Shown: positions 49,716 through 60,212 of the stretch, piece by piece
Layout of the letters: each line of letters begins with the position of its first letter
Position numbering within the stretch: the first letter of the stretch is position 1
Source of the DNA: Nitrospirota bacterium
GTDB taxonomy: Bacteria > Nitrospirota > UBA9217
Length of the DNA: 64,000 nt
Direction of reading: 5' to 3'
NCBI GenBank assembly: GCA_963840455.1
Contig: CAWIYV010000008.1
Coordinates: 31,977-95,976, forward strand
The notes under the pieces: generated by a model
The model's database searches: none
Told to the model about the DNA's origin: nothing
What the model saw: only the letters and a program-made list of their open reading frames with translations
Translations under genes and position numbers: made by a program

Positions 49716-50804
49716 ATGAAAGAAAAGAATCCTGCCCCGCTCGATATCACCCATACGACGCTGTCCGTGCTCTTTATCGCGATCCTGGTCGTATCAAGCT
49801 TCTGGGTCATGCGGCCATTCCTGCTGTCCCTTATCTGGGCATCGGTGATCGTCGTGGCCACCTGGCCTGCCTTCGAAGGGCTCCAGCGGCGGCTGGGGGG
49901 AAGGCGCGGCCTTGCCGTAGCGACCATGGCAGTGTTGATCCTGCTGATCATCCTCGTTCCGATCACCTATGCCATCGTCACCATCCTCGGCAACGTCGAT
50001 AACATATCCGCGCAGGTCCGGACCCTGTCCACGCTGTCCCTCGCTGCTCCGCCGGACTGGGTCAGCAGCATTCCGGTGGTCGGCGACAAGCTCGCCGGCC
50101 GCTGGCGGGAATCCGCCGCGCTGAGCGCCGAAGAACGCACCGCTATCGTGCTCCCCTACGCGCGGACGGCGATACAGTGGTTCATGGCGCAGGCGGGCAG
50201 CATCGGGATGACGATAGTGCAGTTCCTGTTGACGATGATCATCGCGATGATCCTCTACGCGAACGGCACGGTCGTCCGGGAAGGGGTCCTGAACTTTGCG
50301 CGAAGACTGGCCGGTCGCCAGGGAGAGGAAGCAGCCATTCTCGCCGGGAAGGCCGTGCGGGGCGTCGTGCTGGGCGTCGTGGTGACCGCGCTTATCCAGG
50401 CGGCCGTGGGTGGCATCGGTCTGTTCGTGACCGGCATTCCCGCCGCGGGCCTGCTGACCGCAGTGATAGTGCTCCTTTGCCTGGCCCAGGTCGGCCCGTT
50501 CCTGGTGATGGTCCCTGCGGTCATCTGGCTTTACTGGTCAGGCCAGCCGGTACGGGGCACGGTGCTGCTGGTCTTCCTTGTCGTCGCGGGCACCATCGAC
50601 AACTTCCTCCGTCCCTTCCTCATCCGGAAGGGGGCTGACCTTCCGCTCCTGCTGATCTTCGCCGGGGTCATCGGCGGCCTCATCGCCTTCGGGATCATCG
50701 GCCTCTTCATCGGCCCGGTGATGCTTGCCGTGACCTACACGCTTCTCAAAGAGTGGGTTGTGGGCGAGACGCGGGACGAAGGGGAACGTTCCGCTGCCGA
50801 GTGA
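49716..50804 (+). CDS. ydiK: AI-2E family transporter (YdiK-like)
   Basis: 'PFLLSLIWA', 'DNFLRPFLI', 'GVIGGLIAFGIIGLFIGPV'. Confidence 0.88.
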   Translation: MKEKNPAPLDITHTTLSVLFIAILVVSSFWVMRPFLLSLIWASVIVVATWPAFEGLQRRLGGRRGLAVATMAVLILLIILVPITYAIVTILGNVDNISAQVRTLSTLSLAAPPDWVSSIPVVGDKLAGRWRESAALSAEERTAIVLPYARTAIQWFMAQAGSIGMTIVQFLLTMIIAMILYANGTVVREGVLNFARRLAGRQGEEAAILAGKAVRGVVLGVVVTALIQAAVGGIGLFVTGIPAAGLLTAVIVLLCLAQVGPFLVMVPAVIWLYWSGQPVRGTVLLVFLVVAGTIDNFLRPFLIRKGADLPLLLIFAGVIGGLIAFGIIGLFIGPVMLAVTYTLLKEWVVGETRDEGERSAAE

Positions 50805-50889
50805 AGGCCATATATGAGCGGCAGCATCAGCGCAGATACACATAGCCGCCTTGCCTATTTGGCTTTTTCATCCCGATGGGAGAAGGATC

Positions 50890-51597
50890 TTATTTGCCGC
50901 TGCGCCGTGTTTCGAGCTGCAGGGTAACCAATCGGGCGATCAGGATGGCTGGATAGAGCTGGCCGATCAGCGCTTCGAGCATGACGAGGGAGCGGACAAA
51001 GGGGTGGACCGCAGTGATGTCGCCGAAGCCCACGGTGGTAAGCGTCACGATGCTGAAATAGTAGAAGGCCTCGCCTCTCGCCACGCCGCTGGGTCGTGTC
51101 CCGGGCATGGTGAACGCGCCGGGTGCGAGCTCCTCGGTGAGCCCGTAGAGGAAGGCAAAGAGTATGGCGATGAGGAGGTAGAGGGCCACGGCGCCGCGGA
51201 CCCGGTGTCCGCTCACCGGCCCTTCCTCCGAGACGATGCGGAACACGATGAGTATCAGCGCTACAAGGGAGAGCAGGGTGAAGAGCGTGTCGCAGACGGG
51301 GAGCCAGGGTGCGTCGCTGAGGATCGAGGCAACCCGGAACGTTATCGTCCCGGCTACGAGGACGATACCGAGCCGGCGGAGAATACGCCGCTGAAGAGCA
51401 AGGATACCGGCGAGCAAGGCAAGGGAAAGGAACAGGGCCGCAACCATTTGAAAGGCGCGTCCGAGGAACGTTCCCGGTGTTAAAACGAAGAAGTGGAGCA
51501 GCAGCAGCATGAGCATTACGGTAAGGCTCCGTTCCTCGGTCCAGAAGGCAAGGAAGCGGGTAAGCACATGTTCATGTTCTCGGGAGTGTTTCTGCAT
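50890..51597 (-). CDS. Potassium channel family (ion channel) protein
   Basis: Pore motif 'YFSIVTLTTVGFGDI', 'EALIGQLYPAILIARLV'. Confidence 0.88.
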   Translation of the reverse strand: MQKHSREHEHVLTRFLAFWTEERSLTVMLMLLLLHFFVLTPGTFLGRAFQMVAALFLSLALLAGILALQRRILRRLGIVLVAGTITFRVASILSDAPWLPVCDTLFTLLSLVALILIVFRIVSEEGPVSGHRVRGAVALYLLIAILFAFLYGLTEELAPGAFTMPGTRPSGVARGEAFYYFSIVTLTTVGFGDITAVHPFVRSLVMLEALIGQLYPAILIARLVTLQLETRRSGK

Positions 51598-51789
51598 AAT
51601 GGTTGGCTGGGCCTTTCCCTGCGGTCGCTTCCGCACGTTTGCTGAAGTGTAGCATGAGGCTGCAGTTCCGTCAAATAGGGAGTCAGAGCAATGAGCCCAT
51701 CAGTTCCAGGGGACAAACGCTCTATTTGAACTTTTGACCGCTCTTAACAGTGAGCAGGGTATTCTTGGAACACGTACGAGAGAGATTGC

Positions 51790-52509
51790 ATGAAGATATT
51801 GGTCATCGATATCGGCGGGAACAGTGTCAAGATCCTCGTCACTGGACAGACAGACCCCCGGAAATTTCCCTCAGGGCCGACATTAACCCCTCAGAAGATG
51901 GTAGCAGGGGTGCTTAAGCTGACCGAAGACTGGAAGTACGATGCGGTCTCGATCGGCTACCCGGGGCGGGTGCGCGACAACCGGCCGTATGCGGAACCGG
52001 TCAATCTTGGGCGTGGATGGCTCCGTTTCGACTATGCAAAGGCGTTCGGGGTGCCGGTGAAGGTAATGAATGATGCCGCCATGCAGGCCTTGGGGAGCTA
52101 CAAAGGCGGAACGATGATGTTCCTCGGTCTCGGGACCGGGCTGGGAACCGCCCTGGTCGTCAATGGCACGGTGGTGCCCATGGAGCTTGGGCACCTGACC
52201 TACAAGCAGGCGACCTACGAGGACTACCTGGGGCTCAAGGGGCTCGAGAAACTGGGCATCAGGAAGTGGCGGGCCTTCGTACGGGAGGTGGTCTCCCGTT
52301 TCATTCCCGCGCTCGAGCTTGACGACGTGGTCATTGGCGGCGGCAACGTCAACAAGCTGGACAGGCTGCCGCCGAGGTGCCGGGCAGGCGACAACGCCCT
52401 CGCATTTCGCGGCGGTTTTCTGTTGTGGGAGCATGGGAAGGCGAGACGAAAAAGATCTAAAACTATTCTTACCGCCAAGGCGCGAAGGACGCGAAGGGAG
52501 TCAAGATGA
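51790..52509 (+). CDS. ppgK: ROK family polyphosphate/ATP glucokinase
   Basis: 'IDIGG', 'NDAAMQALG', 'GLGTGLG', 'ELGHL', 'IGGGN'. Confidence 0.8.
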   Translation: MKILVIDIGGNSVKILVTGQTDPRKFPSGPTLTPQKMVAGVLKLTEDWKYDAVSIGYPGRVRDNRPYAEPVNLGRGWLRFDYAKAFGVPVKVMNDAAMQALGSYKGGTMMFLGLGTGLGTALVVNGTVVPMELGHLTYKQATYEDYLGLKGLEKLGIRKWRAFVREVVSRFIPALELDDVVIGGGNVNKLDRLPPRCRAGDNALAFRGGFLLWEHGKARRKRSKTILTAKARRTRRESR

Positions 52510-52649
52510 GTAAATAAGAACGATTTTGACACGGATAAAGTCGGATGAAAACCGGATAGAGGCGGATCGTGTTTTGGATTAATCCGCAGTTATCAGGATG
52601 TTGATCCGCTCCTTCCGTGTCAAAGACTTTATCCAGACTGGAGCATCGC

Positions 52650-53939
52650 ATGTCCGATATTGACCTTGATTTCACCATAGCACGCCTGGGCGAGTGCCGC
52701 ACCTCATCGCCCATGTCCGGCGTCCGGTTCACGCGGGACGAGGAGCGCGTGCTGTACCACTCCCGTCTCGAGGAGATACGCCCATGGATCGGCGGGCGCG
52801 CAGATCCCCCTTCAATGGAGGCCGCAGGACCGAGGGAACGGATATTCTTCGATCCATCGAAGCTTGCCTGCGGGATCGTGACCTGCGGCGGGCTCTGTCC
52901 CGGCCTCAACGATGTTATACGCGCGATCGTCCTGAGCCTCTACCACCATTACGGAGTGAAAAAGGTCTACGGGTTCCGCTTTGGCTACGAGGGTCTGGTG
53001 CAGAGGATCGGCCACACACCGCTCGAACTGACGCCCGACAAGGTCAACCGGATCCATGAGCAGGGCGGATCGATCCTGGGCTCCTCGCGGGGGCCGCAGG
53101 ACCCGGCGGAGATGGTAAGGACCCTCGAAGAGCTAAAGGTCGGCATCCTCTTTACCATCGGCGGAGACGGGGCGCTCCGTGGAGCGCAGAAGATCGCCGA
53201 TGAGGCAGTGAGGCGCGGCCTCAAGATCAGCGTCATCGGCATCCCGAAGACCATCGACAACGACGTGTCGTTCGTGCAGAAGACCTTCGGATTCGAGACT
53301 GCGGTCACCGAGGCGCGGCGAGCGACCTACGCAGCCAATACCGAGGCGGAGGCGGCACGCAACGGGATCGGGCTGGTGAAGCTCATGGGCCGCGATTCAG
53401 GCTACATTGCCGCCTATTCGGTCCTGGTCGACAGTCACGTGAACTTCTGCCTTGTTCCCGAGGTCCCGTTCACCCTTGAGCGGTTCCTCTCTGAACTAAA
53501 ACAGAGGCTCCAAAGTCGTGGCCATGCGGTGATCGTTGTCGCGGAAGGGGCTGGCCAGGACCTCATGGAGAGGATGGCCGAGCGCGACGCTTCGGGGAAC
53601 GTCAAGTACGGTGACATCGGAACGTTCCTGAGGGATGCCATCAAGGGCCACTTCAAGCAGACCGGCATGGAAATAAGCCTCAAGTATATCGACCCGAGCT
53701 ACACGATCAGGAGCGTGCCGGCGGACGCCCATGACTCTGCCTTCTGCCTGCAGCTCGGGCAGAGCGCCGTGCACGCGGGCATGAGCGGCAGGACGAACAT
53801 GGTCGTGAGCTTCTGGAACCACCAGTTCACCCATGTGCCCATCTCCCTGGCTGTGTCGCAGCGCAAGAAGATCGACCCCAAGGGAGTCCTCTGGAGCAGC
53901 GTGCTCGCCTCGACCGGGCAGCCGGCGGACATGCGGTGA
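52650..53939 (+). CDS. pfkA: 6-phosphofructokinase, long-clade, probably ATP-dependent
   Basis: 'TCGGLCPGLN', 'GGDG' (Gly suggests ATP), 'PKTIDND', 'MGRDSG', 'YIDPSY'. Confidence 0.92.
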   Translation: MSDIDLDFTIARLGECRTSSPMSGVRFTRDEERVLYHSRLEEIRPWIGGRADPPSMEAAGPRERIFFDPSKLACGIVTCGGLCPGLNDVIRAIVLSLYHHYGVKKVYGFRFGYEGLVQRIGHTPLELTPDKVNRIHEQGGSILGSSRGPQDPAEMVRTLEELKVGILFTIGGDGALRGAQKIADEAVRRGLKISVIGIPKTIDNDVSFVQKTFGFETAVTEARRATYAANTEAEAARNGIGLVKLMGRDSGYIAAYSVLVDSHVNFCLVPEVPFTLERFLSELKQRLQSRGHAVIVVAEGAGQDLMERMAERDASGNVKYGDIGTFLRDAIKGHFKQTGMEISLKYIDPSYTIRSVPADAHDSAFCLQLGQSAVHAGMSGRTNMVVSFWNHQFTHVPISLAVSQRKKIDPKGVLWSSVLASTGQPADMR

Positions 53940-53952
53940 TGGGAAGAATAGC

Positions 53953-54048
53953 ATGGAGATGATCGAGGCAGGCATGAGGGCAGCCCGGCTGATTTTTTCC
54001 CACGGCGACTTTGCGGCCCAAAGGGAGATCGTCGAGCTCAGCCGTTGA
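53953..54048 (+). pseudogene. Pyruvate kinase N-terminal remnant
   Basis: 'MIEAGMRAARLIFSHGD' matches the PK motif AGMNVARLNFSHG; 31 codons only. Confidence 0.65.
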
Positions 54049-54102
54049 GATCGAACATGAGAATATGAAGATGCGCTGACCTGTTGAGAGGGGATATCTA
54101 GT

Positions 54103-54846
54103 ATGAAGAAACTCGTACTGCTCCGCCACGGCGAGAGCACCTGGAACAAGGAGAACCGGTTTACCGGCTGGACAGACGTCGGCCTCACCGAAAAAGGAAG
54201 GGACGAGGCCGTCGAGGCGGGCAGGCTTCTCGCAAAGGAAGGTTTTGTCTTTGATGTGGCCTTCACCTCGGTGCTCAGGCGCGCGATCAAGACCCTCTGG
54301 ATCGTGCTCGAGGAGATGGACCTTATGTGGATCCCGGTCCAGAATCACTGGAGGCTTAACGAGCGCCATTACGGCGCGCTCCAGGGACTGAACAAGGCGG
54401 AGACCGCGGAGAAGCACGGTATGGAGCAGGTCAAGATCTGGCGAAGGAGCTACGACATACCGCCGCCGGCGCTTAGGTCGGACGACGACCGCTATCCTGG
54501 AAAAGACCCACGCTACGCGCACCTGAGGCCGGAAGATATCCCGCTGACGGAATCGCTCAAGGACACGGTCGCGCGCTTTCTCCCGTACTGGCACGAGACA
54601 ATCGCACCGGTCGTTCGGTCTGGAAAACGGGTGATCATCTCTGCCCACGGCAACAGCATCCGTGCGCTGGTCAAGTATCTCGATAATGTGCCTGAGGCGG
54701 AGATCGTCGGTCTGAATATCCCCACGGGGATACCCCTGGTATATGAGCTTGAGGATGATCTGAAGCCGATCCGCAGCTATTACCTTGGCGACCCCGAGGC
54801 GGCAAAGAAAGCGGCCCAGGCCGTGGCGGACCAGCTGAAGAAGTAA
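54103..54846 (+). CDS. gpmA: 2,3-BPG-dependent phosphoglycerate mutase
   Basis: 'LLRHGES.WN..NRFTGW', 'LNERHYG.LQG', 'AHGNS'. Confidence 0.96.
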   Translation: MKKLVLLRHGESTWNKENRFTGWTDVGLTEKGRDEAVEAGRLLAKEGFVFDVAFTSVLRRAIKTLWIVLEEMDLMWIPVQNHWRLNERHYGALQGLNKAETAEKHGMEQVKIWRRSYDIPPPALRSDDDRYPGKDPRYAHLRPEDIPLTESLKDTVARFLPYWHETIAPVVRSGKRVIISAHGNSIRALVKYLDNVPEAEIVGLNIPTGIPLVYELEDDLKPIRSYYLGDPEAAKKAAQAVADQLKK

Positions 54847-54989
54847 CGCTACTTTGATCTCGCCCTGAGACACTGAGGACACAGAGAGCAACTGGGAAAG
54901 ATCTATCGTTTTTCATCATAGCCTTTGTCAGTGACATCAGTGTCAAAAGCCTTTCTCAGAAGTCGGTACTCAGAAATAAGGAGCCTGCC

Positions 54990-55424
54990 ATGAAGATCCT
55001 GACCACACCCCGCATGGAGCGTTGCATAGGCTGCCATTCCTGCTCCCTTGCCTGCAGCCGGATCGTACACAAGCGGCTCTCCTGGGACACCGCCGGCATC
55101 CGCATCCGGTCCTCCGGCGGCCTGTCCACGGGGTTCGAGGCGCGCGTCTGCCTTGCATGCGACCCGGCGCCCTGCGCCGCGGCCTGCCCGACAGGGGCGT
55201 ACACGCAGCGGAAAGGCGGGGGCGTGGTGGTCCGCAGGAACCTCTGCATCCGCTGCGGCGAGTGCGCAAAGGCCTGCCCCGTGGATGCCATCTATCTCGA
55301 CCCATCGCAGGAGCCCTTTGTCTGCATCCACTGCGGCCAGTGCGTACCCTTCTGCCCGCACGACTGCCTCGAGATGAACGAGGTCGCTGCACCGGAGCCT
55401 GCGCAGCAGGGAGGTGCGTCATGA
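54990..55424 (+). CDS. 4Fe-4S dicluster (polyferredoxin) small subunit
   Basis: Four Cys clusters (CIGCHSC..C, CLAC..C..CP, CIRCGEC...CP, CIHCGQC...CP). Confidence 0.92.
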   Translation: MKILTTPRMERCIGCHSCSLACSRIVHKRLSWDTAGIRIRSSGGLSTGFEARVCLACDPAPCAAACPTGAYTQRKGGGVVVRRNLCIRCGECAKACPVDAIYLDPSQEPFVCIHCGQCVPFCPHDCLEMNEVAAPEPAQQGGAS

Positions 55425-57196
55425 TCAGGGACAACTTCAGGGTCCTCGTGGTCGACCTGGCGACGGGCCGCGGCAGCGTCGTGACCGTGGACGGCAGGGA
55501 CAGCGTCGCGGGCGGCAGCGGGCTTGCGGCGCTCCTGTTCACCAAGTATGGCAAACCGGACCGGCCGTGGAACGATCCGGAGCAGCCGCTCATCTTCGCC
55601 ATCGGCCCCCTGACCGGCTATTTTCCGCTCATGAGCAAGACGGTCTGCGCCTTCAAGTCGCCCTACCACGACCAGTACGCGGAAAGCCACGGCGGCGGCC
55701 GCTCAGCGCTGTCGCTCCGCTTTGCCGACCTCGATGCGCTCGTTGTCATAGGCAAAGCCGCGAGGCCGTCGTGCATTTCGATTGGCTCGCGCCATCTGGA
55801 AGTAAAGGAGGTCCACTACCTCTGGGGAAGGGACCTCTATACCACCGGCAAGATGCTGCGCGGCATGTTCAAGGGAGCGGGCCACCGGAGCATTCTGCGC
55901 ATCGGACCGGCCGGCGAGACCGGCTCCGCCATGGCATGCATCAACGTAGACTCCTACCGCCATTTCGGCAGGCTCGGCGGAGGTGCGGTGATGGGGAACA
56001 AGAACCTCAAGGGCATCGTGATCAACGGCGACGGCTCCTTCGCCCTCGACGGCTCCAAAGAGTATCCGAAGCTCTTCCAGGATCTTCATACCAAGCTGAC
56101 GGACACCGACATGATGAGCAAGTACCACGACATCGGCACGCCGATCAACATGGCAATGCTGAACGAGGTGAAGATGCTTCCGATCCGCAACCTCCAGCGG
56201 ACGACCGATCCCGGCATCAGCGGCATCACGGGAGAGAAGTTCGCGGAGCTGGCCCTGCTCCGGAATGCGGCCTGCGCGGGCTGCCCGGTCGGCTGCATCC
56301 ACATCGGGTTCGTTCGCGAGCGGTTCCGGAAGGAGCACCGCTTTCTGTATCGGCAGGTCTCCTACGACCATGAGCCGATCTTTGCCGTGGGAGCCATGCT
56401 TTCGGTCGAGAACTGCTTCGCTGTTCTGGGCATCATCGATGTCGCCGAGAAGGTGGGGCTCGACATCATGTCGGCGGGTGTTGCCCTGGCCTGGGCCACC
56501 GAGGCGACGGAGAAAGGGCTCATCTCGGAGAAGGAGACGATCACCAAGCTTGCCTTCAGCGATAGCGACGCATACAAGCAGGCGATCCAGTACCTCGGCG
56601 AGGGAACAAACGAGTTCTACCGCCTCCTCGGGCAGGGTACGCTCAAGGCAGCAGAGCGCTACGGGGGGAAGGACTTCGCCTGCGTCCTCGGCCAGGAGAT
56701 GGGGGGGTACGCGACGGGAGAGGTCTTTTTCGTTTCCCAGGCGCTCGGTCTCCGGCATTCGCACCTGGACAGCGGCGGCTATTCCTACGACCAGAAGGAG
56801 AAGGGCAAGGACCCGGCAAAGGCCGTGGACTTCCTGGTGAAGGACGAGCAGGGGCGGGTGCTCCTCACATCCATGGTCGCCTGCCTCTTCGCTCGCGGCG
56901 TGTACACCGATGCGCTGCTGGCCGAATGTCTCAAGTCTGTGGGCTACGGTGCACTCGCCGACAACCTGGGAACGGTATCAAAGAACATCCAGCAGCTCCG
57001 CTGGAGGGCGCGCGTCGCGACGGGCTACCGGCCCGAGGACGTGGAGATCCCGAAGCGGTTCCTCGAGATCACTACCGGCAAGGGGTCCATGGACGCGGCA
57101 TACCTCGCCGCGATCAAGGACCAGTATGCGAAGGCCATAAGGGGCCTTGCGGCACCTGAAACGGACGAAAAATCTGCCCGTACGCAGGGGCCCTGA
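55421..57196 (+). CDS. Aldehyde:ferredoxin oxidoreductase family (W/Mo-pterin) large subunit, GOR/GAPOR-like
   Basis: 'GPLTG', 'KSP', 'IGPAGE', 'GRLGGGAVMGNKNLKGI', 'CAGCPVGC', 'YDHEP', 'GLDIMSAG'; ATGA-coupled to ferredoxin. Confidence 0.9.
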   Translation: MIRDNFRVLVVDLATGRGSVVTVDGRDSVAGGSGLAALLFTKYGKPDRPWNDPEQPLIFAIGPLTGYFPLMSKTVCAFKSPYHDQYAESHGGGRSALSLRFADLDALVVIGKAARPSCISIGSRHLEVKEVHYLWGRDLYTTGKMLRGMFKGAGHRSILRIGPAGETGSAMACINVDSYRHFGRLGGGAVMGNKNLKGIVINGDGSFALDGSKEYPKLFQDLHTKLTDTDMMSKYHDIGTPINMAMLNEVKMLPIRNLQRTTDPGISGITGEKFAELALLRNAACAGCPVGCIHIGFVRERFRKEHRFLYRQVSYDHEPIFAVGAMLSVENCFAVLGIIDVAEKVGLDIMSAGVALAWATEATEKGLISEKETITKLAFSDSDAYKQAIQYLGEGTNEFYRLLGQGTLKAAERYGGKDFACVLGQEMGGYATGEVFFVSQALGLRHSHLDSGGYSYDQKEKGKDPAKAVDFLVKDEQGRVLLTSMVACLFARGVYTDALLAECLKSVGYGALADNLGTVSKNIQQLRWRARVATGYRPEDVEIPKRFLEITTGKGSMDAAYLAAIKDQYAKAIRGLAAPETDEKSARTQGP

Positions 57197-57257
57197 GCCG
57201 CTTCCCCTCGCTCTTAGCCGAAAGGAACGTTTTCAGTCATTTGATCTTCGTCAAACC

Positions 57258-59399
57258 ATGAATTCGGTAACCATCATCTGGTCCATGGTCGCGTCCGCAT
57301 GCCTCACGCTGGCGGCTATGCATCTGCTCGTCTGGTTCAGGGACCGGACGGCCTGGATCAATCTGCTCATTGCACTGACGGCGATGGCGACATCCGCCAT
57401 GATGTTCTGCGAGCTTAGGATGATGCTGGCGGCGACACCCGGACAGTTCGCCACAGCGCTGCGCTGGCTTCATGTTCCGGCGTGGGTGATCATCGTGGCG
57501 CTGGTCGGCTACATGCAGCTCCATCTGCGGGCAGGACGGTTATGGCTCGCCTGGACCGTCTGCGGCCTTCGGACGATCTCGCTCCTGCTTAACTTTCTGA
57601 CGGGGCAGAATCTCAACTATCGCGAGGTCACCATACTGCGGCACATCCCGTTCTTAGGCGAAACCGTCTCGGTTGCCGAGGGTGTGTCGAATCCCTGGAT
57701 GCTCGTCGGACAGGTAAGCCTGGTGTTGTGGGTGGTTTTCGTCGCCGATGCCGCGATCACCGTCAGGCGCAGGGGCGACAGGCGGCTGGCGCTGGCAACG
57801 GGTGGCGCCATAGTTTTCTTTGCACTGGCTGGAACAGTACAGGCCGTGCTGGTGCTCTGGGAAATTGTCCACTGGCCGATGACGGCGAGCTTATTCTACA
57901 TGGGTATTGTCGCGGCGATAGTCTACGAAATGAGCCTCGATGTGCATCGATCAGCGAAATTGGCACAAAACCTCCGTGAGAGCGAAGCGCGGCTGAGGGA
58001 CATCACGTTCAGCATGGGCGATTGGGTGTGGGAAGTGGATGAAAAGGGGGTCTATAGCTATAGCTCGGCGAAGGGCACTGTACTGTTCGGTCACGTTATC
58101 GGGAAGACACCGTTCGAGCTTATGCCGCCGGATGAAGCAAAGCGGGTGGCGGCGATCTTCTCCGAGATCGCGGCAAAGAAGCTGCCCATCAAAGACCTGG
58201 AGAACTGGAATATCGGAAAGGACGGCGAAAGGATCTGCCTCCTCACGAATGGCGTGCCCCTCTTGGACGAAGCGGGCAATCTCAAGGGCTATCGCGGCGT
58301 TGACAAGGACATCACCGAGCGCAAGCTGGCAGAGGCAGCGCGACTGGAAAGCATGGAGCGGTACCGGGCCGTGGTGGAAGCTTTTGACGGTTTCCTCTAC
58401 ATCTGTTCGCCGGATTTCCGCATGGAGTTCATGAACCAGCGATTGATCGATCGCACCGGTCGTAACGCCATCGGTGAGACGTGCTACAAGGCATTGCATA
58501 ACAAAGATTCCATCTGTGAGTGGTGTGTCAACGAGAAGGTCTTTCAGGGCAAGACAGTGCGATGGGAAGTGCAGAGCCCGAAAGACCATCGCTGGTACTA
58601 TGTGGTGAACACTCCCATCCGTCATGCCGACGGGACCATGTCCAAGCAGTCCATGATCATGGATATCACCGAACGCAAACTGGCGGAAGATGCATTGAAG
58701 AAAAGCGAGGCAGCCCTCAGATACTCCCAGAAAGATCTCCAGAAACTGGCGGGCAGGTTGATCTCCGCTCAGGAAGAGGAGCTCCGCAGGCTGTCACGGG
58801 AACTCCACGACGACCTGACGCAGAGGCTGGCGGTCCTTGCCATCGAGGCCGGCAAGCTGGAGCTCGACCTGAAGAAACGGCCGGATGTTCAGGGAAACGC
58901 TGTTGAGAGGATATTGCAGATAAAGGAACAGCTCATCAAGGTATCCGAAGACGTCCACACTATCTCGCGTCAGATCCATCCCACCATCCTCGACGACCTG
59001 GGGCTCGTCCGCGCCATAGAGTCGGAGTGCGCCATGTTCTTGAGAAGGCACTCGATCATGTCCTCCTTCATCAAGGACCACATCCCCGACGCGATTCCCG
59101 ACGATATCGCCCTCTGTCTCTACCGTGTTGTCCAGGAAGGATTGCGGAACATCGCGGTCCATTCCCGGGCGAAGAGCTGCAAGATCGTCCTGCACGTGTC
59201 CGGCGATGCCATTTGCCTTGCTGTCACGGATGACGGCGTAGGATTCGATCCCCTGGAGATCCGGAACACTCCGGGGCTGGGGCTCTCAAGCATGCGCGAA
59301 CGGGTCCAACTTGTCGAGGGTGACTTTGCGATACGGTCGCAGCCGGGAAAAGGCACGGAGATCACGGTGTGCGTGCCTCTTGCAGGCGGTGACGCATGA
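57258..59399 (+). CDS. Membrane sensor histidine kinase with two PAS domains (HisKA_3/NarX-NreB type)
   Basis: Multi-TM N-terminus, PAS/PAC 'DITERK' x2, 'RELHDD', 'DDGVGF', 'GLGL..MRER'. Confidence 0.92.
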   Translation: MNSVTIIWSMVASACLTLAAMHLLVWFRDRTAWINLLIALTAMATSAMMFCELRMMLAATPGQFATALRWLHVPAWVIIVALVGYMQLHLRAGRLWLAWTVCGLRTISLLLNFLTGQNLNYREVTILRHIPFLGETVSVAEGVSNPWMLVGQVSLVLWVVFVADAAITVRRRGDRRLALATGGAIVFFALAGTVQAVLVLWEIVHWPMTASLFYMGIVAAIVYEMSLDVHRSAKLAQNLRESEARLRDITFSMGDWVWEVDEKGVYSYSSAKGTVLFGHVIGKTPFELMPPDEAKRVAAIFSEIAAKKLPIKDLENWNIGKDGERICLLTNGVPLLDEAGNLKGYRGVDKDITERKLAEAARLESMERYRAVVEAFDGFLYICSPDFRMEFMNQRLIDRTGRNAIGETCYKALHNKDSICEWCVNEKVFQGKTVRWEVQSPKDHRWYYVVNTPIRHADGTMSKQSMIMDITERKLAEDALKKSEAALRYSQKDLQKLAGRLISAQEEELRRLSRELHDDLTQRLAVLAIEAGKLELDLKKRPDVQGNAVERILQIKEQLIKVSEDVHTISRQIHPTILDDLGLVRAIESECAMFLRRHSIMSSFIKDHIPDAIPDDIALCLYRVVQEGLRNIAVHSRAKSCKIVLHVSGDAICLAVTDDGVGFDPLEIRNTPGLGLSSMRERVQLVEGDFAIRSQPGKGTEITVCVPLAGGDA

Positions 59400-60034
59400 A
59401 GCGTCCGCGTGTTCTCCTGGCTGATGATCACAAGATCGTGACCGAAGGCCTCAAAGGCCTTCTGGAGCCGGAGTTCGAGCTTGTCGGGATCGTCGAGGAC
59501 GGCCGCGCGCTTCTTGCCGCCGCGGAGAAACTGCGGCCTGATGTGGTCGTGGCGGACATCTCCATGCCGCTTTTGAACGGCATTGATTCCGTCCGTCAGA
59601 TCAAGAAGGCACACGGGGAGATCAAGGTCGTCTTTCTGACCATGCACCCCGATGTGACCTATGCGGTCAGCGCTTTTGAAGCAGGGGCTTCGGGATATGT
59701 CCTGAAGCATTCGGCTCCGACCGAGCTGGTCACCGCCATTCGAAGCGCGTTGAATGGAAAGACCTATGTGACGCCCTTGCTTGCTGATGAGTTCAAGCAA
59801 TTGACCAGTGAAAAGACGGACCAGCGTGACGAGCTCACCATGCTCACCCCGCGCCAGCGCGAGATCCTGCAATTGCTCGCCGAAGGCCATTCCGCAAAGA
59901 AGATCGCCACAGTGCTCAACATCTCCTCGAGGACCGTGGAATTCCACAAATACCGGATCATGAAGGACCTCGGCATCAAGAGCGCTGCAGAATTGGTCCA
60001 CTACGCTGTACGGCACGGCATCGTCACAAAGTAG
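59396..60034 (+). CDS. NarL/LuxR family response regulator
   Basis: 'LADDH', 'DISMP', HTH 'LTPRQREIL...TVEFHK'. Confidence 0.95.
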   Translation: MKRPRVLLADDHKIVTEGLKGLLEPEFELVGIVEDGRALLAAAEKLRPDVVVADISMPLLNGIDSVRQIKKAHGEIKVVFLTMHPDVTYAVSAFEAGASGYVLKHSAPTELVTAIRSALNGKTYVTPLLADEFKQLTSEKTDQRDELTMLTPRQREILQLLAEGHSAKKIATVLNISSRTVEFHKYRIMKDLGIKSAAELVHYAVRHGIVTK

Positions 60035-60212
60035 TATATCCTGCCCATCATCAGACTCCCGCAAAAACCGGTAATTTTACCAGTTCCGCTCACCCCGTTT
60101 CTTAGCTACCCTTACAGAGGATACTAGTGTTCATTGTCTGCCGCTCCGGTTCCAGCTTCCCGGGGTGTGCAGCGTCGCGCGCAGTTCTGTGAAGCATGCG
60201 AAAAGGAGAACC

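Noticed and set aside
55022-55420. N-terminal extension of the 724 aa AOR ORF
   Set aside because: Overlaps the ferredoxin gene in another frame; real start is ATG 55421 after GGAGG
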